A stretch of DNA of 22,453 bases from Thermoproteota archaeon (lineage in GTDB: Archaea > Thermoproteota > Thermoprotei_A > Sulfolobales > Pyrodictiaceae): assembly GCA_013153145.1 (NCBI GenBank), contig JAADEY010000023.1, positions 1 to 22,453 of the forward strand, written 5' to 3'. Made by a program: the position numbers and the translations under genes. The number at the start of each line of letters is the position of its first letter. The first letter of the stretch is position 1. The notes beneath the pieces were generated by a model that was not told where the DNA came from, ran no database searches, and saw only the letters and a program-made list of their open reading frames with translations. Below, in pieces: positions 14,614 through 21,967 of the stretch.

Positions 14614-15264
14614 CTAGCGGGTCGACGCCCTCACCGCCTCTATGAAGTTCCTCAGTACCTTCAACCCCTCCCTGCTGCTCTTCTCCGGGTGGAACTGGGT
14701 CGCGTAGACCGGGGGCTTCTCCACCGCAGCCGCGAAGACCGTCTCCCCGTGCCTCGCGGTCGCGCATACCGTTTCATCCCCCTCGTTGTATGGTACGGCG
14801 TAGCTGTGTATGAAGTACATGTACGTGTTGTCCTCCACTCCGCGGAGCAGCGTACACCTCCTCACCACGTGTATCCTCGTCCACCCGATATGGGGCAGCT
14901 TCCTAGCCTTCATCCTCTTAACCACGCCCTTCAGGAGGCCGAGGCCACGCGTAGGCCTACCACTATAGTCCAGGGACTCCTCGCTCCACTCATAGAGCAG
15001 CTGGAGGCCTAGGCATATGCCGAGGAGGGGGCGGCCCTCACCAACCATCCTCCTTATAGCCTCCGCCCCCCTCTCCCCAATCCTCCTCATCGCGGCGTCG
15101 AAGCACCCAACGCCCGGGAGTATCACCGCATCGGGATCCACCGCCTCCAGCTCCTCGGGGCTGGTGACTACAATGGGCTCGCCTCCAGCCCTCCTAACGC
15201 CGCTCGAGATGCTGTAGATGTTGCCGACACCATACTTGAATATGGCTATCCTGGGCGGCCTCAC
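14614..15264 (-). CDS. hisH: Imidazole glycerol phosphate synthase, glutamine amidotransferase subunit
   Basis: '[14 protein letters not shown]', 'LPGVGCF', 'GICLGLQLL' (catalytic Cys) and 'QFHPEKS' identify it. Confidence 0.93.
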   Translation of the reverse strand: MRPPRIAIFKYGVGNIYSISSGVRRAGGEPIVVTSPEELEAVDPDAVILPGVGCFDAAMRRIGERGAEAIRRMVGEGRPLLGICLGLQLLYEWSEESLDYSGRPTRGLGLLKGVVKRMKARKLPHIGWTRIHVVRRCTLLRGVEDNTYMYFIHSYAVPYNEGDETVCATARHGETVFAAAVEKPPVYATQFHPEKSSREGLKVLRNFIEAVRASTR

Positions 15265-15581
15265 CCCTCACCACCACCCCTGCTCCCCGCCCGCTCCTTA
15301 TGCCTCCTCTCAAGCTCGGAGACGACATCCCTTATCGAGGCGCCGCGTAGCGCCAGGAGCACCATGAGGTGGTAGAGGAGGTCGGCCGACTCGTAGACCA
15401 GCGTCTCCCTGCTCCCCTGCAGGGCCTCCACTATCGTCTCGACCGCCTCCTCGCCGAGCTTCCTCGCAGTATAGCCCACCCCCCTCCTGGCCAGGAGTGC
15501 TGTGTAGGAGTCCTCCGGCATCTCCCTCAGCCTATCCCTTATAACCTCCTCCAACTCCTCCAGGAAGTCTAGGCTCCCCAC
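15261..15581 (-). CDS. hisE: Phosphoribosyl-ATP pyrophosphatase
   Basis: 106 aa with 'SYTALLARRGVGYTARKLGEEAVETIVEAL' and 'ESADLLYHLMVLLA'. It overlaps hisH by 4 nt. Confidence 0.9.
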   Translation of the reverse strand: MGSLDFLEELEEVIRDRLREMPEDSYTALLARRGVGYTARKLGEEAVETIVEALQGSRETLVYESADLLYHLMVLLALRGASIRDVVSELERRHKERAGSRGGGEG

Positions 15582-16819
15582 TTCTCCATCCTCCTCCCAA
15601 TACTCTTAGCGTGGAGCGTGAAGCCCTCGTAGCTTGCAAGCCTATAGGCAGCCCTATACGCCTCCCTAGGCACCTCCCTGACGACCGCCACCGGCTTGAG
15701 GAAGTCGTAGACGCTAAGGCCTCCCCTCCACCTAGCAGACCCGGTTGTAGGCAGCACGTGGCTCGGCCCCGCCGCATAGTCCATGACCGCCACGGGGTGG
15801 CCAACGCTCACCGCGCCGGTGTTAGCGACCCTCTGCTCGAGGGCCGCAGCCTCCCCGAGGAGCTCCAGGTGCTCCGGCGCATAAGCGTCCGCCAGCTCAG
15901 CCGCCTCATCAACCCCGCTGACCTCAACCATGTAGACCCTGCCGACACGGTCAGCGTAGGGGGCCGCGAGCTCCATGGCTTTCTCGAGGAGCTTCCTGCT
16001 CCAGGAGACTAGTACCCCGGTTGAGAGGGGGCCGTGCTCGGCCTGCGCGAGCGTGTCCAGCGCTGCCTCGACGGGGTCCGTGTCGGGGCCCGCTATCACC
16101 ATTATCTCGCTCGGCCCGGCGAGCATGTCGACCCCCACCACGCCCGCCACCAGGGCCTTGGCGGCAGTAACATAGGGGCCCCCGGGCCCCGCAACCATAT
16201 CCACGCGCGGCACGGGGGAGGCTCCATAAGCCATGGCTGCGACCGCCTGCGCCCCGCCCAGGGCTACCGCCACCGATGCCCCAGCACGGTACATGGCCGC
16301 GAGTATCACCGGGTCTGCCTTGAAGCCCCTGCAGCCGCCAGGGCGGCAGGGGGGAGTCGCCGCGACCACCTCCTCGGCGCCAGCGATCCTCGCCGGTATT
16401 ATGGTCATGAGGGCTGTGGAGGGGTATGGCTTGAGGCCGGCTGGCACGTAGACGCCTACCCTGCGGACGGGCCTCCAGGTGAGCTCTATGCCTGGGAGGG
16501 CCTCAACCCTCCTCGGCGGGAGCGTTGCCTCATGGTACTCCTCTATCCTCTCCGCCGCATAGTCTATAGCCTCCCTCAGGGCCGCGGGGAGCCCCTCATA
16601 GGCCTCCCTCATCTCCTCCCTAGTTATCAAGGGATCCTCGTAGCAGACGCCGTCGAACCTCTCACTATACCTGCACGCCGCCTCATAGCCCCTCGAGGCT
16701 ATCTCCTCCACAACCGGCCTAACCCTCTCGATGTAGGGGGCTAGGCTGTAGGGCCTCTTCAGCTCCCTAACGACACCCTCTACCCCGAGATCCCTCGTGG
16801 AGAGGAGGACTGGCTTCAC
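15569..16819 (-). CDS. hisD: Histidinol dehydrogenase
   Basis: 416 aa with '[11 protein letters not shown]', 'GPSEIMVIA', 'LAQAEHGP' and '[12 protein letters not shown]'. Confidence 0.93.
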   Translation of the reverse strand: MKPVLLSTRDLGVEGVVRELKRPYSLAPYIERVRPVVEEIASRGYEAACRYSERFDGVCYEDPLITREEMREAYEGLPAALREAIDYAAERIEEYHEATLPPRRVEALPGIELTWRPVRRVGVYVPAGLKPYPSTALMTIIPARIAGAEEVVAATPPCRPGGCRGFKADPVILAAMYRAGASVAVALGGAQAVAAMAYGASPVPRVDMVAGPGGPYVTAAKALVAGVVGVDMLAGPSEIMVIAGPDTDPVEAALDTLAQAEHGPLSTGVLVSWSRKLLEKAMELAAPYADRVGRVYMVEVSGVDEAAELADAYAPEHLELLGEAAALEQRVANTGAVSVGHPVAVMDYAAGPSHVLPTTGSARWRGGLSVYDFLKPVAVVREVPREAYRAAYRLASYEGFTLHAKSIGRRMEKWGA

Positions 16820-17574
16820 GCGGGCCTCACCTCTACACCGTGCCTGGCCAGGTACTCCTTGACCTCGCGGATGCTGTAGACGCCGTAGTGGAAAATACCG
16901 GCGGCTAGGGCCGCGTCGGCCCCAACCATGAATGCCTCGAGGAAGTGGTGTGGGTTGCCCGCACCCCCGCTGGCTATGACGGGTATCGTCACCGCCTCCA
17001 CGACCGCCCTGGTGAGCTCGAGGTCGTAGCCCATCCTTGTGCCATCCCTATCTATGCTTGTCAGCAGTATCTCCCCCGCCCCGAGCTCTGCAACCCTCCT
17101 AGCCCACTCGACGGCGTCTAGGCCGGTCGGTATCCTTGCCCCCGCGACGTAGACCTCCCACCAGCCCCCCGGCCTCCTCTTAGCATCTATCGCGACAACC
17201 ACAGACTGGCTCCCATACTCCGAGGCCGCCCTCCTCACGAGCGATGGATCCCTGACCGCCGCCGTGTTTATCGAGACCTTGTCGGCGCCGGAGTCTAGCA
17301 GGCGGCCGAACTCCCGCAGGCTCCTCACCCCCCCGCCGACGGTGAATGGTATCGAGAGTGTGCTTGCAACATCTCTCACAACCCTGTATATGGGCTCCCT
17401 CTGCTCGGGCGTCGCCGAGATGTCCAGGAAGACTAGCTCGTCGGCCCCCTGCTCCTCGTAGAGGGCTGCCAGCTCGACCGGGTCCCCGGCGTCCCTTAGG
17501 TTGCGGAAGTGGACTCCCTTGACAACCCTGCCCCCGGAGACGTCTAGGCATGGGATGATCCTCTTTGCCGGCAC
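16816..17574 (-). CDS. hisF: Imidazole glycerol phosphate synthase, cyclase subunit
   Basis: '[20 protein letters not shown]', '[11 protein letters not shown]', 'TVGGGVRS' and 'ASGGAG' identify it. Confidence 0.95.
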   Translation of the reverse strand: MPAKRIIPCLDVSGGRVVKGVHFRNLRDAGDPVELAALYEEQGADELVFLDISATPEQREPIYRVVRDVASTLSIPFTVGGGVRSLREFGRLLDSGADKVSINTAAVRDPSLVRRAASEYGSQSVVVAIDAKRRPGGWWEVYVAGARIPTGLDAVEWARRVAELGAGEILLTSIDRDGTRMGYDLELTRAVVEAVTIPVIASGGAGNPHHFLEAFMVGADAALAAGIFHYGVYSIREVKEYLARHGVEVRPA

Positions 17575-18147
17575 CTAGACCACCCCCTTGATGCTCATAA
17601 CCCTGCTGCTCCCCCTCAACGCCTGGCCCAGCGCCATCCCTAGGGCCTTGAAGCATGCCTCGATTGTGTGGTGGGTGTTCCCCGTCCTCAGCGCCTTCAC
17701 GTGTATGGTTGCCCTCAGCGTGGAGGCTAGGCTTGCTATGAAGTGCTCGGCGTTCTCGGCCCTAAGGCCGCCGACCACGTCCCATGGCTGTAGGCCTAGC
17801 TCCACCCATGCGCCCGGCCTGTTGGAGACGTCTACGGCTGCTAGGCAGAGGGACTCGTCCATCGGCACTATGCTCCAGCCGTACCTGGCTATAGTCCTGC
17901 CTGCCGTAAGCCTCCGGAGCGCCTCGCCAAGCACTAGGGCGACGTCCTCCGCTACATGGTGGTCGTCGACCCTGTACACCTCCTCTGCGTAGACCTCTCC
18001 CCCGATGCCGGCGTAGAAGAGGAGTGTCTTCAGTAGATGGTTCAGCATCGGTATCGGCGTCTCCGCCTTCACTCCGATTGCGCCCTCCTCCAGGAACACC
18101 CTTATCCTCGTCTCGAGCGTCTCCCTGGAGACAGCCACCCTACCCAC
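17575..18147 (-). CDS. hisB: Imidazoleglycerol-phosphate dehydratase
   Basis: 'VSRETLETRIRV', 'DDHHVAEDVALVLGEA' and 'GNTHHTIEACFKALGMAL' identify it. It is monofunctional, with no fused phosphatase domain. Confidence 0.93.
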   Translation of the reverse strand: MGRVAVSRETLETRIRVFLEEGAIGVKAETPIPMLNHLLKTLLFYAGIGGEVYAEEVYRVDDHHVAEDVALVLGEALRRLTAGRTIARYGWSIVPMDESLCLAAVDVSNRPGAWVELGLQPWDVVGGLRAENAEHFIASLASTLRATIHVKALRTGNTHHTIEACFKALGMALGQALRGSSRVMSIKGVV

Positions 18148-18868
18148 TCCTAGCCCACCTCTCCACGGTGAGCCTACCAGTATAGAACGCCATCCCCGCC
18201 ACCACCCCGTCGAAGCCGAGCGACTCTAGGAGCTCGACGTCAGCGTCGCAGGAGACTCCGCCGCTGTAGATGAGGGTGAGGCCCCTCGAGATGCTCCTAA
18301 CATGCTCAGCCCTCCAGCCGCATGGCCCCTCAAGGAGCCCCTCCCTCCACACCTGCGTGTAGAAGACCCCGGCGCCGCAGTCCCTGGCCGTCCTAACGGC
18401 GTCCTCTACACGTAGCGGCGTCCTCCTAGTCCACCCCCTCGAGAGGAGGAAGCCGTCCCTATCCTCCTCCGCCGCCAGGAGGATCACCGAGCCATGGGCC
18501 CTAGCCTCCTCCGATGCCTCCGCCGCGAAGCCCGGGTCGCGGAGCCAGGCGGAGCCTATGATTATCCTTGAGGCGCCGGCGGAGGCTACATCGCTGACCG
18601 CCTCCCTGGAGCCCACCCCTCCACCATACTCGACCTCCTCGAACCCTATCCCGCAGGAGAGTGCCCGGATCAGGCGGAGTGCGTAGCTCCTCGGCCTCCG
18701 CCTACCCGCGGAGTCAAGGTCTACGAGGTGCACGGCCCTATACCCCAGCGCGTATATCTTCTCAGCAGCCTCGACGGGGTCTCCGAGAACCAGGCCCGTG
18801 CCCCTCAACCCCTTCACCCTCTTAACCGCCCTCGAGCCCTCCACGTCCACCGAGGGTATGAGCGTCAT
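18140..18868 (-). CDS. hisA: ProFAR isomerase (1-(5-phosphoribosyl)-5-[(5-phosphoribosylamino)methylideneamino]imidazole-4-carboxamide isomerase)
   Basis: 'MTLIPSVDVEGSRAVKRVKG' begins at ATG 18868, which forms an ATGA overlap with the hisG stop. The track's 37-codon N-terminal extension (to 18979) lies inside hisG and is rejected. Confidence 0.9.
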   Translation of the reverse strand: MTLIPSVDVEGSRAVKRVKGLRGTGLVLGDPVEAAEKIYALGYRAVHLVDLDSAGRRRPRSYALRLIRALSCGIGFEEVEYGGGVGSREAVSDVASAGASRIIIGSAWLRDPGFAAEASEEARAHGSVILLAAEEDRDGFLLSRGWTRRTPLRVEDAVRTARDCGAGVFYTQVWREGLLEGPCGWRAEHVRSISRGLTLIYSGGVSCDADVELLESLGFDGVVAGMAFYTGRLTVERWARSG

Positions 18869-19713
18869 GGAACCACCTTCTCCACGCCGAGTATCACTAT
18901 GTCCCTCGCACCCATCCTCCTCGCATCCACTATGATCCTGGGTAGGTCGCTCTCCCTGGCCGCCACTAGCACCTCCCACATGGGCTTCGGCGACTCCAGC
19001 CTGGCGACCATCGGGCCGCTCATGGAGGGGAGTATGCTCAGCACAGCCTTCAACGCCTCATCGGGAACATTCATCAATACCAGCTTCACGCCGCGCGCAT
19101 TTATCACGCTCCTCGTCACCTCTATGACCTGCGTAGCAGTGTACTCCAGGCCGGCCGGAACCCTCCCACGGATCAGCACTGCGCTCGTCTCCATGACGGT
19201 CTCCACGGGCACCAGGCCGTGGGCCCTCAGCGTCGTACCCGTAGACATTATGTCGACTATCGCGTCGGCCGCGCCGAGGAGGGGCATGACCTCGGTCGCG
19301 CCGCTCACCCTCATTATCTTGACCCTCACACCCTTCTCCTCAAAGAAGCGCCTCGCTATGTTAACGTACTTCGTCGCGACACGCCTCCCTTCGAGGCTCG
19401 ACAAGCCCTCATAAGGATAGTCCCTCGGGACGGCTACGACTATCCTCCCAGAGCCGAAGCCCAGGTCAAGAACCTCCTCAACCTCCCCGTCAACCCCCGC
19501 CTCGCGCACAAGATCCCTACCGGTTATCCCTAGGTGGACGGCACCGGACGCGACGAGGACTGGTATGTCGTCAGCCCTGGCATAAACCAGCACGACGTCA
19601 CTCCTCGTCGTCGGGACTAGGAGGGCCCGGGTATCGCCACCATAGATGGGCTCGATGCCCGCGGAGGAGAGGAGCTTGAGGGCGGGCTCCCGCAGCCTCC
19701 CCTTGTTCGGCAC
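18865..19713 (-). CDS. hisG: ATP phosphoribosyltransferase, long form
   Basis: '(V/M)PNKGRLREPALKLLSSAGI', 'DIPVLVASGAVHLGITGRDLV' and a ~80-aa C-terminal regulatory domain identify it. GTG 19713 is the first canonical start, but the conserved 'LRIA' continues in frame upstream of it (see finding). Confidence 0.9.
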   Translation of the reverse strand: MPNKGRLREPALKLLSSAGIEPIYGGDTRALLVPTTRSDVVLVYARADDIPVLVASGAVHLGITGRDLVREAGVDGEVEEVLDLGFGSGRIVVAVPRDYPYEGLSSLEGRRVATKYVNIARRFFEEKGVRVKIMRVSGATEVMPLLGAADAIVDIMSTGTTLRAHGLVPVETVMETSAVLIRGRVPAGLEYTATQVIEVTRSVINARGVKLVLMNVPDEALKAVLSILPSMSGPMVARLESPKPMWEVLVAARESDLPRIIVDARRMGARDIVILGVEKVVP

Positions 19714-19794
19714 GGCTATGCGTAGGGCCTGGGTGTCAGCGGTGAACGCGGGCCATCTCCCTGCGCCTCCGCCTGGGGGTGGGAGACGGGTGGG

Positions 19795-19800
19795 TTTAAA
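19795..19800 (-). promoter_or_regulatory. TTTAAA TATA-like box in the hisC-hisG spacer (possible internal promoter)
   Basis: The palindromic TTTAAA begins 4 nt after the hisC stop and lies 82-87 nt upstream of the hisG GTG. Confidence 0.3.
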
Positions 19801-19803
19801 GCC

Positions 19804-20871
19804 CTATCCACTCCCCGCGAGCCTCCTCACAGCCCCCAGCAGCTCCTCGTTCTCCTCGGGCCTCCCCACACTAATCCTCACATACGTCCTCCCTATAGGC
19901 GCCTGCCTCACGCAGACACCCATCCTCCTAAGCTCCTCGACAGGGCTCCCCGAGACGGGGCTGAAGTCAGCCAGGACGAAGTTGCTATGGCTCCTAAACA
20001 CCCTCACACCAGCGCCGCGGAGGGCCGATGAGAGCTCCTCCCTCCACTCCCTTATCCTGGACACCCTCCCCTCAACAACACCCCTGAGCCTCAGCATAGC
20101 CGTGGCCATTGCGAGGGAGGGGGCTGTGACCGGGAAGGGGTAGAGTATGTTCCTCAACGCCCTCGCAAGCATAGCCGGCGCCACCGCGTACCCAACCCTC
20201 ATCCCCGCCAGGCCGAAGGCCTTGCTCATCGTCCTCACAACCACAACGTTCCCATACTCGACGAGGCCCTGCAGCCCATCCTCCTCCATGAACTCGTAGT
20301 ACGCCTCGTCGAAGACGAAGAGCGTGTCATCGTGCTCGGATACGAGCCTCTCCAGGAGCCTGCGGGACGCAAGGAGGCCTCCCGTAGGATTATTAGGCCT
20401 GTCAAGTATGACTACATCACTCCTCTCCGCGGCCTCCTCCAGGGAGCCTACATCTATGACCCACTCGTCGTCCTCAACCCTCATCGGTATCCTCTCTAGA
20501 TCCAGGCCGTAGACCGCCGCGAGCCTGGGGTACATGGAGAAGCAGTACTGCGGCGCCGCCCCCCTAAGCCCCTGCATGAGCGCCATGACCGCGTTTATTA
20601 TCGAGTCTCCCCCCGAGGCCACCACTATCGATTCGGAGGGGGCGCCCGTGTACGCCGACAACTCCCCGACAAGCTCCTCCAGGAGCCTCCTCCGCGGATA
20701 CCGGTTAGCCCTCAGCAGGAGCCCATAGGCCTCCTCAACGACATCTACGGGTGGCGGGAAGGGGGACTCGTTTAGGTCTAGGTGGATGCACGGCTCATCG
20801 CCGGGCGGGGTGTAGGGCTCCAGGCTGCACGCCCTCTCAACCCTCTCGATCCAGGTGGGCGTGGCTTCCAA
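19804..20871 (-). CDS. hisC: Histidinol-phosphate aminotransferase
   Basis: 355 aa with 'LDLNESPFPPP', 'LDRPNNPTG' and the PLP-lysine context 'RTMSKAFGLAGMRVGY'. TTG start at 20871. Confidence 0.9.
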   Translation of the reverse strand: MEATPTWIERVERACSLEPYTPPGDEPCIHLDLNESPFPPPVDVVEEAYGLLLRANRYPRRRLLEELVGELSAYTGAPSESIVVASGGDSIINAVMALMQGLRGAAPQYCFSMYPRLAAVYGLDLERIPMRVEDDEWVIDVGSLEEAAERSDVVILDRPNNPTGGLLASRRLLERLVSEHDDTLFVFDEAYYEFMEEDGLQGLVEYGNVVVVRTMSKAFGLAGMRVGYAVAPAMLARALRNILYPFPVTAPSLAMATAMLRLRGVVEGRVSRIREWREELSSALRGAGVRVFRSHSNFVLADFSPVSGSPVEELRRMGVCVRQAPIGRTYVRISVGRPEENEELLGAVRRLAGSG

Positions 20872-20898
20872 CCCACCGTGGTGGGCGGACGCGGAGGG

Positions 20899-20905
20899 TT
20901 AATAA
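20899..20905. promoter_or_regulatory. TTAATAA box in the 70-bp divergent spacer (his operon versus the 20942 gene)
   Basis: This is the only AT-rich element in 20872-20941. It sits ~30 nt from the hisC TTG, consistent with a near-leaderless his mRNA, and ~37 nt from ATG 20942. Confidence 0.35.
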
Positions 20906-20941
20906 GAGGAGGACTCGAAACCATTTCCTGGTGGAACGCGT

Positions 20942-21223
20942 ATGCCCCCAAAGATAGACGCCGTAGTGAAGGCAGTCGAGGAATACAACAAGTACAGGTG
21001 CCCGGAGGCATGCGCAGAGATACTATGGGTAGACGGGAACAAGGCATACATCTACATAGAGGGCACGTACTGCGCGACATGCGGGCTCTACGACTGGCTA
21101 GAAGACCTCGCATACATACTAGAGGAGAAGGGAGCCCCAGCAAAGCTGCAGGGAGTCATAGAGCCGAGGAACCCGGAGACCCCATGGAGGATAGCCATCT
21201 ACGAGTTCGAAGACACAGCTTAA
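20942..21223 (+). CDS. Hypothetical small acidic protein with a C-x3-C...C-x2-C motif
   Basis: 93-aa ORF with an ATG start and codon usage like its neighbours. It contains 'YRCPEACAEIL' and 'GTYCATCGLYDW'. I recognise no family. Confidence 0.6.
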   Translation: MPPKIDAVVKAVEEYNKYRCPEACAEILWVDGNKAYIYIEGTYCATCGLYDWLEDLAYILEEKGAPAKLQGVIEPRNPETPWRIAIYEFEDTA

Positions 21224-21264
21224 ACCCTTCCACAAACCCCTAGAGAACCCCGGGCACACCAGGC

Positions 21265-21867
21265 ATGAACAAGGCAGCAGTCATAGCCGTAATAGTCATA
21301 GTAGCTGCAGTCGCAGCCTCCGCAGCCCTACTCCTCCACCACCCACGCCAACACGCCGCACCCAGGAGGACGACACCCCTCATCTACCCGCCAGGCATAC
21401 CGGCAGGCGTCATAGCCGGCGCAAGGCCCGGGGTGAGTGTGAGCGTCGAGGGGCTGAAGACGGGCGGCGAGATACCCAGGGTGTATACATGCGATAGCAG
21501 GGCCTACAAGCCACCAACCATAACATGGAGGCTCGAGGGAAGCGCCAAGATAGAGTCATGGCTCATAGTAGTCGACGACCCCGACGCACCCGGCGGGGTA
21601 TTCTACCACCTACTAGTCTACAACATACCACCCGACACACGCCACTGGCCAGGCCCAGGCGAACTAGGACTAAACACCGCTAGGAGACCAGGATGGTTCC
21701 CCGTCTGCCCACCACCAGGCAGCCCCCCACACCACTACTACTTCATAGTCATAGGCCTCGACAAGAAGCTAGACGTGCCGCGCGGCGCAAGCCCCTACCA
21801 GGTGTTCCGCGCAGCAGAGGGCCACGCAGTAGTCTTCGGATACACCTACGGCGTCTACAAGAGATAA
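21265..21867 (+). CDS. PEBP (YbhB/YbcL, Raf-kinase-inhibitor-like) family protein with an N-terminal membrane anchor or signal peptide
   Basis: The hydrophobic N-terminus is 'AAVIAVIVIVAAVAASAALLL'. PEBP motifs 'VVDDPDAP', 'YHLLVYNI' and 'CPPPGSPPHHYYFIVIGLD' are present. Confidence 0.8.
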   Translation: MNKAAVIAVIVIVAAVAASAALLLHHPRQHAAPRRTTPLIYPPGIPAGVIAGARPGVSVSVEGLKTGGEIPRVYTCDSRAYKPPTITWRLEGSAKIESWLIVVDDPDAPGGVFYHLLVYNIPPDTRHWPGPGELGLNTARRPGWFPVCPPPGSPPHHYYFIVIGLDKKLDVPRGASPYQVFRAAEGHAVVFGYTYGVYKR

Positions 21868-21967
21868 GCCCCCCTTAGGAGCCGGATAGGCTTCACGGAG
21901 GCTGTGAGGTGGCCCCTACTCGGCGACCCCGGGGAGGAGGGAAGGCCGGGGGGTGAGCGGGTGGTCC

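Noticed and set aside
18869-18979. 37-codon N-terminal extension of hisA overlapping hisG
   Set aside because: The extension is low-complexity. ATG 18868 gives the canonical 'MTLIPSVDV' start with an ATGA overlap on the hisG stop.
19736-19756. uORF MARVHR* considered as a histidine attenuation leader peptide
   Set aside because: It has only one His codon, whereas bacterial his leaders have runs of them. No alternative terminator/antiterminator hairpins are evident, and archaea are not known to use this mechanism. It is retained only as part of the hisG start-codon problem.
12283-20143. Other long shadow ORFs: 12283-12906 (-), 13524-13976 (-), 16034-16744 (+), 18728-19414 (+), 19646-20143 (+)
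   Set aside because: Each lies antisense to, or out of frame with, a confidently identified gene (rps2/rps28e, vapB, hisD, hisG/hisA, hisC) and has no recognisable motif.
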